From NCBI GenBank assembly GCA_046328575.1, contig JAXLWI010000019.1:1153-65152 (forward strand): DNA of 64,000 nt, read 5' to 3'. This document shows, piece after piece, positions 50,687-60,950 of this stretch (position 1 is the stretch's first letter; every line of letters begins with the position of its first letter). The notes under the pieces are model-generated. The model was not told the DNA's origin. It worked only from the letters and a program-made list of their open reading frames with translations, and searched no databases. The translations under genes were made by a program, and so were the position numbers. Source of the DNA: Anaerolineae bacterium. GTDB taxonomy: Bacteria > Chloroflexota > Anaerolineae > Fen-1058.

Positions 50687-52198
50687 TCAGTATCGCTCCA
50701 GATATGCGCCGGGGAACGATAGCCGTTTAGCGGCGCGCGGCGCTGAGTCATCGGTCGGCAAGTTGATCTGCACCATCACGCCCGGCCCATTGACGCGATT
50801 GCGCATGTAACATGCCCCGTTGACCGCCCAGACCAGCGAGGCGACCAGCGCCAATCCCAGGCCCATGCCGGCGACTTCGCCGGTAAAGTATTTCTCGGCT
50901 TGATAGTATGGTTCCCAAACTTGCGTCAGTTGTTCCGGCGACAGGGTCAAGCCGTCGTCACCAACGCACAATCGAGCGTGGCCTACGCCGTCCAGATCAA
51001 AGCGAACTTCAACGCGGGGCGCCTGCTGCGGATGAAACTTGCCGGCATTCTCCAACACTTCAGCCAGAATCCACTCGAGCGCTTTATCCGAGAGCGGCGT
51101 GATGACTGTCGCCGCTTTGGCATCGACGGTCACGGTTACATGGGCTAAAGCTAGACGGGCGCTGATCTGCGCGACCAGTTCAGGCAGTTTAGTCCAGACG
51201 AACGGCGCACCCTCGCTAATCAGACTGGTCGCCGACATGTACTGCAGAATATCGTCGACGACTGTTCGCAAACGCGTCGCGCTTTTCAACGCCAACTGCG
51301 TCATCTCATTCACCGTGAAGATCGGTAAGTCCTGAACATCGTACGCGAGCATCTCCAACGACCCCAACACTCCAGCCATTGGCTCACGCAGTTTGTGGGC
51401 TACAATACCCTGAAACGTGCGCTCATTGCGCTGTTCGAGCATGTTCAACGTAATATCGTGCAGCCTAATCAAGCGCTGGCCTTCCAAGCCCGGCCGTTGC
51501 TCGAAGATCCACACAGCCAGCCAACACGGGTGCGACGTCGCCGATTCTGGCCGTACCAGATAGCGCGTATGTGCGAGCATCTCAGTCGGTGACGATTGAC
51601 CGTTCCACGTTTCGTCCAGTTCAAGCCGATAGTGCTCAGTGATCACTTGAAGAAAAGTGCGTTCAGCCGCCTCGGTCCGATCGGCTGACAGGTTCAACAA
51701 CAGGCGCGCCTGTACGTTGGCATACACGATCCGATCGGACTGATCGACGATCACGTAGCCATCGACCGCATGCTCGATCACCCATTGGAATTGTGCTTTT
51801 TCGGCCAACCAACGGCGGTAACGATTGAGTTGCAGAATCGTGCGGATGCGGGTGCGCAATTCCGTCCGATCGAACGGCTTGGAGATGAAGTCATCGGCCC
51901 CAACTTCCAAGCCGAGCAGTTTCGCGGCCCGATCGTCCAGCGCCGTAATCATGAGCACCGGAATCTGCGCCGTGCGTGGATCGCGGCGCAATGCTTGGCA
52001 GACTTCGTAGCCGTCCATGTCCGGCATCATCACATCCAACAGCACCACATCCGGTGACAAGTTCCGCGCGAGGCGCAAGGCCTGCGCGCCGTTCTCAGCC
52101 ATCAGCAGTTCATAGCCCAGACCAAATAGCACCCCTTCCAACGCTGCGCGGCCTGCCGGCAAATCATCGACGACGAGCACTGTGCCACTAAGCGCCAT
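50687..52198 (-). CDS. hybrid two-component protein: N-terminal receiver + PAS-like region + HisKA/HATPase histidine kinase
   Basis: REC motifs VLVVDDLPAGR / VVLLDVMMPDMDGYEV / ISKPF; H-box IVAHKLREPMAGV; G-box GMGLGLALV. Confidence 0.85.
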   Translation of the reverse strand: MALSGTVLVVDDLPAGRAALEGVLFGLGYELLMAENGAQALRLARNLSPDVVLLDVMMPDMDGYEVCQALRRDPRTAQIPVLMITALDDRAAKLLGLEVGADDFISKPFDRTELRTRIRTILQLNRYRRWLAEKAQFQWVIEHAVDGYVIVDQSDRIVYANVQARLLLNLSADRTEAAERTFLQVITEHYRLELDETWNGQSSPTEMLAHTRYLVRPESATSHPCWLAVWIFEQRPGLEGQRLIRLHDITLNMLEQRNERTFQGIVAHKLREPMAGVLGSLEMLAYDVQDLPIFTVNEMTQLALKSATRLRTVVDDILQYMSATSLISEGAPFVWTKLPELVAQISARLALAHVTVTVDAKAATVITPLSDKALEWILAEVLENAGKFHPQQAPRVEVRFDLDGVGHARLCVGDDGLTLSPEQLTQVWEPYYQAEKYFTGEVAGMGLGLALVASLVWAVNGACYMRNRVNGPGVMVQINLPTDDSAPRAAKRLSFPGAYLERY

Positions 52199-52233
52199 AC
52201 TGTAGCTTGACCTTCATATCAGAATTTAGTCAC

Positions 52234-53757
52234 TCATGCGCGAACTACTGGCCGCTCGATCTCGTGGTGGCAGCCGATGTTCAGGTGGGTGCTGTCAGGT
52301 TCTGGCTCTATGATCGGCAGCGTGATCTGAACCATCACCCCCGCCCCGTCGGTACGGTTCCGCAATTGGCAAGTCCCGTTGGCTTCCCAGACCAGCGAAG
52401 CCACCAGCGACAAACCCAACCCCATCCCGGCTGCCTCCCCGGTGAAGTACTTTTCGCCTTGGTAATATGGTTCCCAGACTTGCGCCAGCTGTTCCGGCGA
52501 CAAAGTCAAACCGTCATCTATGACGCGCAAGCGCGCCTGGCGCTCGTCGTCAAGATCGAACCGGACCTCAACGTGCGGTGTCTGTAGCGGGTGAAACTTG
52601 CGGGCGTTCTCCAACAGTTCAGACAGAATCCAATCTAAGGCCGTGTCGGAAAGCCGTGTAGCGACGGCTGCGGCGGCTTCGTCTATCGTTACGGTTACGT
52701 CGGCTAGATCGAGACTAGCGCCGATCTGCTTGATCAGGTCAGGCAGTTGCGCCCACACAAATGGCTCGCCGTGCGCAGCAAGCTTGGCCGCAGACACGTA
52801 ATGCAGCACATCTTCAATCTCGTTGCGCATGCGTGTGGCGCTGCGCAGGGCCACACGCGCCATGTCATCCGCTTTGACCATCGTGCTCTCTTGAGCGTGA
52901 TAAGCCAGAATCTCCAGTGAGCCCAGCAAGCTCGCCAGTGGCGAACGCAGCTTGTGGGCTACGATGCCTTGAAAAGTCCGCTCATGCCGCCGCTCGATCA
53001 TCCGCAGCGTGACGTCGTGCAGCCGGATCAAGCGCTGACCGTTGAGTCTGAGTTGTTGATTGAAGGTCCAGACTGCCAGCCAGCACGCGTGTGCTGTCGA
53101 CGATTCTGGACGCACCAGATACCGCGTGTGCGAGACAGGCTCGACAGGTGATGTCCAATCTATCCATGCGATGGACGGCTCGGGACGATACTGCTGGGCG
53201 GCTAATTGAAAAAAGGTGCGGTCGGCCGCCTCAGCCAGATCGATCGATAGATTCAAATACAATCGCGCCTGGGCGTTGGCATATACAATCCGATCGGACT
53301 GATCGACAATCACGTAGCCATCCGCCGCTTGTTCGATCACCCACTGAAACTGGGCCTGCTCGTCCAGCAACCGGCGATAACGATTGAGCTGCGTAATGGT
53401 CCGCACCCTGATACGCAGCTCCGTCCGATCGAACGGCTTGGAGATGAAGTCGTCGGCTCCGACTTCCAGACCGCGTAGTTTAGCCATCCGATCTTCCAGC
53501 GCCGTGACCATCACCACTGGAATCTGAGCCGTCCGCGGATCATCGCGTAACCGCTGGCAGACTTCATAGCCATCCATGTCCGGCATCATGACATCCAATA
53601 GCACGATATCTGGGGCCGACGTGCGAGCCAACTGCAAAGCCTGCAGCCCATTCTCGGCCATCAACAGTTCATACCCTTGATCGAATAGCAATCCTTCCAG
53701 TGCCGCGCGTCCAGACGGCAAATCGTCAACTATAAGGACTGTGCCATTATGTGCCAT
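52234..53757 (-). CDS. hybrid receiver-histidine kinase, paralog 2
   Basis: About 65% identical to 50687..52198 by eye; preferred start MAHNGTVLIVDD (53757), longest ORF to 53778. Confidence 0.85.
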   Translation of the reverse strand: MAHNGTVLIVDDLPSGRAALEGLLFDQGYELLMAENGLQALQLARTSAPDIVLLDVMMPDMDGYEVCQRLRDDPRTAQIPVVMVTALEDRMAKLRGLEVGADDFISKPFDRTELRIRVRTITQLNRYRRLLDEQAQFQWVIEQAADGYVIVDQSDRIVYANAQARLYLNLSIDLAEAADRTFFQLAAQQYRPEPSIAWIDWTSPVEPVSHTRYLVRPESSTAHACWLAVWTFNQQLRLNGQRLIRLHDVTLRMIERRHERTFQGIVAHKLRSPLASLLGSLEILAYHAQESTMVKADDMARVALRSATRMRNEIEDVLHYVSAAKLAAHGEPFVWAQLPDLIKQIGASLDLADVTVTIDEAAAAVATRLSDTALDWILSELLENARKFHPLQTPHVEVRFDLDDERQARLRVIDDGLTLSPEQLAQVWEPYYQGEKYFTGEAAGMGLGLSLVASLVWEANGTCQLRNRTDGAGVMVQITLPIIEPEPDSTHLNIGCHHEIERPVVRA

Positions 53758-53821
53758 AGTATGACTTCTCTTCTCCATTAGAATTTAACGCTGCTTATTT
53801 AGTGCCGGGATGCGCCCGTGA

Positions 53822-55285
53822 CTACGATGCTGATTCCACTGTCGGCAGCGTGATCTGCACCACCACGCCCGGCGCATCGGTCCGATTGCGCATCTGGCAC
53901 GTCCCGTTGGCCTCCCAGACCAGCGACGCCACCAGCGACAGCCCTAGCCCCATGCCAGCCGCTTCTCCCGTGAAATACTTCTCACCCTGGTAATATGGCT
54001 CCCAGACCTGCGCCAGCTGCTCCGGCGACAGCGTCAAACCATCATCAATGACGCGCATGCGCGCCTGACCAGTTTCAGCCAGATCAAGGTGAACTTCAAT
54101 GCGTGGCAGCTGCTCGGGATGGAACTTTCGCGCGTTCTCCAGCAGCTCAGAGAGTATCCAATCGAGCGCTTTGCCTGATACTTGCGTCGCCAGCGTCTCA
54201 GGCACTTTGACCAGCGTGACCGTCACCTCGCTCAGGTTGAGGTTTGCACCAACCTGTTGCACCAAATCCGGCAGGTTGGCCCACACGAACGGTTCGTCAT
54301 AGGCGACGGTCTTTACGGCCGACATGTACTGCAGCACATCTTCAACGTCGTTGCGCAATCGAACGGCGCAGTCGCTCGCCAGGCGCGCTGTCTCCGCTGC
54401 TGTGCTGGACGGAGCCTCTCGAACGTGATGGGCCAGGACTTCTAGAGACACCAGCAAGCCGGTTACTGGCGTGCGCAACTTATGCGACACCGCGCCTTCA
54501 AAAGTACGCTCAGCCCGCCGCTTCAGCATTTGCATCGTAACATCCTGCAGACGGATCAAGCGCTGACTTTCCAAGCCGGGCCGCCGCTCAAAAATCCGCA
54601 CCGCTAGCCAACACGCACGCGCTGTCGACGTTTCGGGTCGAACCAGATACCGGGTTAGCGCGATTGGCCCGATCGGCAAAGACCAATCGATCCATGCCTC
54701 GTCAGGCTCAAGCCGATAGTGCTCGGCGGCGAGCTGAACAAAAGACCGATCAGCCGCCTCAGCCAAATCGGGTGATAGATTCAACATCGCCCGTGCCTGG
54801 GCATTGGCATAGACGATCCGATCAGACGCATCGACAATCACGTAGCCATCGGCCGCTTGTTCGATCACCCATTGGAACTGCGCTTGCTCGTCCAATAACC
54901 GACGATAGCGATTTAGGCGCGTGATGGTGCGCACGCGCGTGCGCAGCTCAATCCGATCGAACGGCTTGGAAATAAAGTCGTCGGCTCCGACCTCCAGGCC
55001 GCGCAGCTTCGCAGCCCGATCGTCCAAGGCAGTCAGCATCAGGATCGGAATCTGAGCTGTCCGCTCATCGCAGCGCAATTGCTGGCACACTTCGTAACCA
55101 TCCATGTCCGGCATCATGACATCCAGCAACACGACGTCTGGCGTTGATGTGCGAGCCAGCTGCAAAGCCTGGTGCCCGTTCTCGGCCATGACCAGCTCAT
55201 ACCCTTGATCAAATAACAGCCCTTCTAGCGCCGCACGTCCGGCTGGCAAATCGTCGACAACCAAGATCCGTTCGTTATGCGTCAT
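53822..55285 (-). CDS. hybrid receiver-histidine kinase, paralog 3
   Basis: Same architecture (MTHNERILVVDD..., AVSHKLRTPVTGL, GMGLGLSLV); AAAGGAAAG RBS. Confidence 0.85.
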   Translation of the reverse strand: MTHNERILVVDDLPAGRAALEGLLFDQGYELVMAENGHQALQLARTSTPDVVLLDVMMPDMDGYEVCQQLRCDERTAQIPILMLTALDDRAAKLRGLEVGADDFISKPFDRIELRTRVRTITRLNRYRRLLDEQAQFQWVIEQAADGYVIVDASDRIVYANAQARAMLNLSPDLAEAADRSFVQLAAEHYRLEPDEAWIDWSLPIGPIALTRYLVRPETSTARACWLAVRIFERRPGLESQRLIRLQDVTMQMLKRRAERTFEGAVSHKLRTPVTGLLVSLEVLAHHVREAPSSTAAETARLASDCAVRLRNDVEDVLQYMSAVKTVAYDEPFVWANLPDLVQQVGANLNLSEVTVTLVKVPETLATQVSGKALDWILSELLENARKFHPEQLPRIEVHLDLAETGQARMRVIDDGLTLSPEQLAQVWEPYYQGEKYFTGEAAGMGLGLSLVASLVWEANGTCQMRNRTDAPGVVVQITLPTVESAS

Positions 55286-55408
55286 GGTTCACCATAACTT
55301 TCCTTTAACTATCCTCAGTCACTCTTCTTCACACGGTCGCAATGCCAATATCGAAGTCAAACAAAGTGTGCACCGGGCAAAACTTTTCAACCAGAACCAT
55401 CTAAAGAA

Positions 55409-58400
55409 TCAACTCGGCCTTTCAGTCTGAGCCAGCTGCGCCTCAATAGTGCGCACCAGCTGCTTCAACCGCACGGGTTTGCTCAGATATTCATTAGCAC
55501 CGGCCGCCAGACAACGATCGCGATCGCCCGCCATGGCCAGTGCCGTCAGCGCTATGATTGGGATATGCGCCAACGCCGCGTCGGCCCGGATGCGGCGCGT
55601 CGCTTCGAGCCCGTCCATAATTGGCATTTGAATGTCCATCAGGATAATGGCTGGCTGCGCGGTCCGCGCTTGCTCGATAGCCTCCAGGCCATTACGCGCT
55701 ACACTCACCCGAAATTCGGCCGCGTCCAAATAATCGACAATCGATTGCAGATTCATTTCGTTGTCGTCGACGACCAGCACCAGCGGCGGCCGCGACAATT
55801 CCGATAGAGGCGGCCGCGTGCTTTCTCGTTGGACGACCGCGACGCGCGTCAGTGCCTGTTGCAATCGACGCCGGGTAACCGGCTTGACCAGAAAGTCGAT
55901 CGCGCCGCTTTCCAAACCCACGGCTTGCTCGTCGCTGATCGACGCAATGATCACGGGGATCTCACGCGTGCGCGCGTCGGCTTTGAGTTCCGCCAGCACC
56001 GACCAGCCTGACTTATCGGGCAAGAGCAGATCCAACACGATCAAATCTGGTTGAACTTCCAGCGCTATCTCCAGAGCCTGCGTCGCCCGATCATGGACCA
56101 CGGCCTGGATGCTAAACTCGTTCAAGTAGTGGCTGAGCTGCTGGGCGGCAACATTAGTATCCTCGATGACGAGGACGCGATGAATAGACATCGAATGCGC
56201 GGGCGAGTCGGCGTCCAGCGTGTCTTCAAACGCGCTCTGTGGTTGCCACGGCAAAGTAACGGTGAAACGGCTGCCGCGGCCCAATTCGCTTTCTACGCTG
56301 ACGCTGCCACCGTGCAGTTCGGTCAGGCGCGCGACCAGTGTTAAACCTAAACCGGTGCCTTCATATTGGCGCGACAAACGGCTGTCAACCTGGACAAAGG
56401 CCCTAAAGAGTTGTGGCAAGTTCTCGGCTGCGATGCCGATCCCCGTATCCCACACTGTGAAGCGCACCACCTCCTGCGCCGGATCGCCGCGCACCTCCAA
56501 TCCAATCTGCCCACCTTCGGGTGTGAACTTCACCGCGTTGCTTAATAAATTCACCAAAATCTGCTTCAGGCGGCGCACATCGGCATTGACGAGCGACACG
56601 TGACTATCGAGATTGGATGAGACGCCCAATCGTTTCTTGTGAGCAGTCTCTCTAATCATTCGCAAGGCGGCCTGGCACACATCGTCGACGATCACTTGGT
56701 CGAGGTCCAGTTCCACCCGCCCGGCCCCGATCTTTGCCAAATCCAGCACATCATTGATCAGGACGAGCAGATGCCGCCCGCTCTCTTCGATGTTATGCAG
56801 TGCCTTGCTTTGCTTCTCGTTGATGGCACCGTACACAGCGTCTTGCAGCGTCTCCGACAAACTCAGGATTGCATTGAGCGGGGTGCGAAGTTCGTGGCTC
56901 ATATTGGCCAGGAACTCATCCTTCAGCCGCGCCGCTCGCGCCAGCTCGGCGTTGGCCGCGCTGAGTTCAGCAGTGCGCTCAGCCACACGTTGGGCAAGCA
57001 ACGCGCGTTCTTGCTGTAAGGCGCGCTCGGTGCTCCGCCGGGCGAACATATTGGCGATAGACTCGCTGACCAACTGCAACAGGCGAATGTCTTCTTCAGC
57101 CCAGGTCTTTGATTGGCGCACCGCATCAAAGCCCAGAAAGCCCAGCAACGCCCCCCCGTACGCCAGCGGGACGACAATCACCGATTGAATGGCTTGCGCT
57201 TCCAACAGATCTTTCTCGGCACTGGCCTCCGGCGGCAAGTCCGCCACGCGCGGAATGTGAATGACCTCAAAGCGCTTCAGCCGCGACATCCACCACGGCA
57301 GCAGATTGACCGGTAGCCCCTGCAAGTTGTCGATCTCAGGCGTGATGCCATCGGCACACCATTCGTGCGTGTTATCCATCGCCGTACGGTCGGCAGTGAA
57401 CTGAAAGATATAGCTGCGATCGACGCACGCAAACGAACCGATCGAACGCAGGGCCAGCTCAATGCCCCGATCAATCTCCGGCAGGGCCAGGTTGATGAAG
57501 TTGGTCGAGATTGTCGAGATCAACTTCTCCAATTCCAATCGATAGCGCAGCGCTGCATCCGCGCGCACGCGTTCCGTGATCTCGCGTTCCAATTCGTGAT
57601 TTGCCGCAGCCAACTGCGCCGTGCGCTCAGTAACCCGTCGCTCCAAATCCTCGTTCAGGCCCTTAATCGCCTGCTCGGCTCGCTGGCGCTCGGTCACATC
57701 GCGGCTGATGCCAAACAGCACGGCTCGCTCGGACCAACGCCCCGGCCAGACTTTTGTTTCGACCGGAATGTATTGGCCCGCGCGCGTCAGCAGCGGCACG
57801 TAGCACTTGTCCCGCCGACCAGCCAGCATCTCGCCGATCATGATGGCGGCTTCACTGCGACCTTCGGGCGGATGAACGATCAGCACTGGTTGCCCTAGCA
57901 GTTCCTCGGTGCTATACCCCAACCGATCGAGCACCACCTGATTCACGCGCATGATATGGCCATGCTCATCCAGCACAAACAGGAAATCCTGCAACGAATC
58001 GAATAAGGCTTGTAGTTCAGCTTCACTTTCACGCAGGCTTTCTTCCGCCTGCAACCGCACGATGGCATTCTCAACGTGCGCGGCGATGGCGGCCAAGGCG
58101 CTGCGGCTGTGCAGCGGCACTTCGTCCAGGGTGTGCGAAGCGATATTGAAACAAGCCACCACCTGCCCCTGATGCCGCATGGGAATGATCGCCATGGCAC
58201 GCAGTCCTTCGCGCCGCTGTGCGTCCGATCGAGGGAGCGATATCTGCGAATACTGCGCGTAAATCGGCTGGCCTTTCATAACCAATCGCACACGATCTGA
58301 ACCAGCATCCAAGCGGACGACTTGCTGCACAAACTCCGGCGAGAGCCCATCCACACATGCTAGTTCAAGATCGCCGGTCGCCCGCTCGGTAAGGTAGATA

Positions 58401-60403
58401 CCGCCGCTATCCATACCTGATGCTTGCAAAGCGGCTTCCAGGCAAATCGGCAGCGCCGCATCCAGGGTGGAAGTGGCCGCCAGTTTCATAGATAGGTCGT
58501 GCTGGATGGCGGTTTGTCGTTCGGCCAGTTTCCGTTCGGTAATGCTGCGCACGATCGCCAAGACTTCGTCCGGACTGCTGGCGACGATGCGCGCCTCAAA
58601 ATCGCGCAGTTGTCCGGCAACCTTCATTTGATACTCGAAAACTTGAATCTGCCCGGTATCAAGGGCTTGTGTCAAGCGCGTCATGTATAACTGCGCGAGA
58701 TCGGGCGGCAGGACTTCTGGAACAGTTCGATTCAAAAACTCCGTCGGAGGAATAGCCAGATCGTCATTTGGTGCACCTTTGAAGTCCAAAAAAGTGCCGT
58801 CGCGTGCTACGCGGAACACCATGTCAGGCAGAGCATTGAGGATGGCACGATTGTGTGCCTCACTAGTGCGCAGCTGCTCTTCGGTCTGACGGCGCGCCGT
58901 GATGTCCCAGAAAATGCCCTGCATCCCGATTACGTTGCCCGCTTGATCGAGCAGCGGCGTCTTGATCGTCTGCACGTACGTCGTCGGCCCGCCAATCGAT
59001 TGATGCTCTTCAACCGTTTCCAAAGTTTGACCAGCGACTGTCACCTGTTCATCATCGGCACGATACTTGCGCGCCAGCTCCGGCGGGTGAAGATCGAAGT
59101 CGGTCTTGCCAACCAGTTCACTTAGCATCACCCCTTGCGTCTTGCAGTACATGGTGTTGCCAAACGTAAAGCGGCCGTCGGCATCTTTGCGGAAAATATT
59201 CATCGGCAGCGTTTCCACCAGCGTGTGATACAGCGCTTCCGATTGACGCAGCGAATCTTCAGTCTGCTTGCGTTCGGTGATATCGCGGGCAAACCCGGTG
59301 GTCCCCAGGACACGCCCACTGTCATCGAGAATCGGCGTCTTGAATGTTTCAAACCACTTGGTTGTGCCCTGGTCGATGATCGTTTCTTCGAGCGTTTTTT
59401 GCTGCCGTGATAGCATCACGCTGGCGTCATCCGCCCGATAGCGCTCGGCCAGGTCCTGCGGCCACACGTCCAGGTCGGTCTTGCCGATCACGTCATCAGC
59501 ACTGGCTTTACCACAGGCACGTGCAAAAACGTCGTTAACGGCTAGGAAGCGCCCCTCGGTGTCTTTCAGCCACATCATAAACGGCGAGTTGTCGAAGATC
59601 GCGCGTAAATATGCCGCTCGCCGGCTGACCGTTTCATGATCGAGTTTGGAGGTTGTAATATCGCGGCCCACCGCTTGAATCTCAGTGGTGTGACCGCCCG
59701 CATCTTTGATGGCATAATACTCCCAGGCTAGCCATCGCCAGCCATGCAGCGTCATCGCCCGATGCTCTACATGAATTCGATAGGGTGGCTCCTCCAAGCC
59801 GTTCATCGCCGCCAACGTGGCCGCCTCATCGTCGGGATGGATCATCGGGGCAAACGTTTGCCCGATGAGATCAGCACGCTTCAAGCCAAACAGATTACAG
59901 TAGGCATCGTTGACAAATGTGAAATGTCCTTCGGCATCCACCCGCACGATCAAATCGCGCTGCGATTCGATCAGACCGCGATAGCGCGCTTCGCTTTCGC
60001 GCAACGCGGCCTCCGTACTCATGCGCGCACTGATGTCACGCGCAATGGCCATAAACCATAGTTGGTTATTTACCTCTAATTTCGTGATGGCGACTTCAAG
60101 CGCAATCCATTGACCGGCCTTGTGTCGGCCATCCAACATCCACCGCGTTGTTCCAGGCTGTGTCTGAGTCGAAGCAGTGGTTAGGTTGCGCAGGTGAAGC
60201 ACATGCTGCATGGCATCCAATGTCGGCATTAACTTATCAAGCGGCTGTCCGAGCACTTCGGCTGAACCGTAGCCGAAAATACGCTCGGCGACAGCATTGA
60301 ACAAGCAGACGCGATAGTCGGTGTCCAGGACGATCACCGCATCAGGTGCGGCATCGACCAACAACGGCAGCAGACGCGGATCCACCTGCGACACACTGGT
60401 CAT
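55409..60403 (-). CDS. large multi-sensor hybrid histidine kinase (multiple PAS/GAF + HisKA + HATPase + two C-terminal receiver domains)
   Basis: 1664 aa; at least 6 PAS-like repeats with ERK/ITERKQ linkers, GAF-like segments, H-box MSHELRTPLNAI, HATPase G boxes, two REC (VLVIEDTNVAAQQL..., VLVVDDNEMNLQSI...). Confidence 0.9.
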   Translation of the reverse strand: MTSVSQVDPRLLPLLVDAAPDAVIVLDTDYRVCLFNAVAERIFGYGSAEVLGQPLDKLMPTLDAMQHVLHLRNLTTASTQTQPGTTRWMLDGRHKAGQWIALEVAITKLEVNNQLWFMAIARDISARMSTEAALRESEARYRGLIESQRDLIVRVDAEGHFTFVNDAYCNLFGLKRADLIGQTFAPMIHPDDEAATLAAMNGLEEPPYRIHVEHRAMTLHGWRWLAWEYYAIKDAGGHTTEIQAVGRDITTSKLDHETVSRRAAYLRAIFDNSPFMMWLKDTEGRFLAVNDVFARACGKASADDVIGKTDLDVWPQDLAERYRADDASVMLSRQQKTLEETIIDQGTTKWFETFKTPILDDSGRVLGTTGFARDITERKQTEDSLRQSEALYHTLVETLPMNIFRKDADGRFTFGNTMYCKTQGVMLSELVGKTDFDLHPPELARKYRADDEQVTVAGQTLETVEEHQSIGGPTTYVQTIKTPLLDQAGNVIGMQGIFWDITARRQTEEQLRTSEAHNRAILNALPDMVFRVARDGTFLDFKGAPNDDLAIPPTEFLNRTVPEVLPPDLAQLYMTRLTQALDTGQIQVFEYQMKVAGQLRDFEARIVASSPDEVLAIVRSITERKLAERQTAIQHDLSMKLAATSTLDAALPICLEAALQASGMDSGGIYLTERATGDLELACVDGLSPEFVQQVVRLDAGSDRVRLVMKGQPIYAQYSQISLPRSDAQRREGLRAMAIIPMRHQGQVVACFNIASHTLDEVPLHSRSALAAIAAHVENAIVRLQAEESLRESEAELQALFDSLQDFLFVLDEHGHIMRVNQVVLDRLGYSTEELLGQPVLIVHPPEGRSEAAIMIGEMLAGRRDKCYVPLLTRAGQYIPVETKVWPGRWSERAVLFGISRDVTERQRAEQAIKGLNEDLERRVTERTAQLAAANHELEREITERVRADAALRYRLELEKLISTISTNFINLALPEIDRGIELALRSIGSFACVDRSYIFQFTADRTAMDNTHEWCADGITPEIDNLQGLPVNLLPWWMSRLKRFEVIHIPRVADLPPEASAEKDLLEAQAIQSVIVVPLAYGGALLGFLGFDAVRQSKTWAEEDIRLLQLVSESIANMFARRSTERALQQERALLAQRVAERTAELSAANAELARAARLKDEFLANMSHELRTPLNAILSLSETLQDAVYGAINEKQSKALHNIEESGRHLLVLINDVLDLAKIGAGRVELDLDQVIVDDVCQAALRMIRETAHKKRLGVSSNLDSHVSLVNADVRRLKQILVNLLSNAVKFTPEGGQIGLEVRGDPAQEVVRFTVWDTGIGIAAENLPQLFRAFVQVDSRLSRQYEGTGLGLTLVARLTELHGGSVSVESELGRGSRFTVTLPWQPQSAFEDTLDADSPAHSMSIHRVLVIEDTNVAAQQLSHYLNEFSIQAVVHDRATQALEIALEVQPDLIVLDLLLPDKSGWSVLAELKADARTREIPVIIASISDEQAVGLESGAIDFLVKPVTRRRLQQALTRVAVVQRESTRPPLSELSRPPLVLVVDDNEMNLQSIVDYLDAAEFRVSVARNGLEAIEQARTAQPAIILMDIQMPIMDGLEATRRIRADAALAHIPIIALTALAMAGDRDRCLAAGANEYLSKPVRLKQLVRTIEAQLAQTERPS

Positions 60404-60789
60404 TGCTTCGGCTCTTTCTGCGCTTGAGACTCAGCGGGACAGTCTTCTGCGCTTAGCTGAATAACCCGGATTAAGTCGTCCAACGAGTTCAGGGTGAGTC
60501 GTTGGCTGGACATCAACACGACTGAGCTTCGATTCAGGTTCAGGCCGATCGATAACAAGTTGGGGCAACCTTGCAGGAGCGGCATAAGCCGATCGGCTTC
60601 CGGCGATTCCAGATCGAAGATCAAACTGCGCGGCTTCAACTGGGCTAAGGTAGCAGCGGCCTCTGGCGCGTGTGGATCAAACCGGCACACGGTATACATC
60701 AACCGATCGGTCAGGGTTGCTTCAACGGCCGTCATAATGACCGAATCACCTACCACTGCAATCGGGCGCTCTCGCTCAGACTGTAACAT
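60400..60789 (-). CDS. small protein with degenerate receiver-like fold (pseudo-receiver), translationally coupled to the large kinase
   Basis: AGGAGAAG RBS; IAVVGDSVIM...LIFDLESPEAD pattern resembles REC but lacks the acidic pocket; stop overlaps kinase ATG (ATGA). Confidence 0.5.
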   Translation of the reverse strand: MLQSERERPIAVVGDSVIMTAVEATLTDRLMYTVCRFDPHAPEAAATLAQLKPRSLIFDLESPEADRLMPLLQGCPNLLSIGLNLNRSSVVLMSSQRLTLNSLDDLIRVIQLSAEDCPAESQAQKEPKQ

Positions 60790-60877
60790 CCTTACTTCTC
60801 CTGTAATTTGGACTATGTCTGACAGTATGCAGGAGTTCAGGCATGGAATCTAGTGACAGGCGACCAATGCATGTGGG

Positions 60878-60915
60878 CAAAAAAAGGACAATCTTCGCGG
60901 TGAAGATTGTCCTTT
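60878..60915 (-). terminator. rho-independent terminator after NarL-type regulator gene
   Basis: Minus strand AAAGGACAATCTTC-accgc-GAAGATTGTCCTTT (14-bp perfect stem) followed by TTTTTTT. Confidence 0.65.
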
Positions 60916-60950
60916 AGGACAAACAGCGCAAAACTAGGAACAGAGTCAGG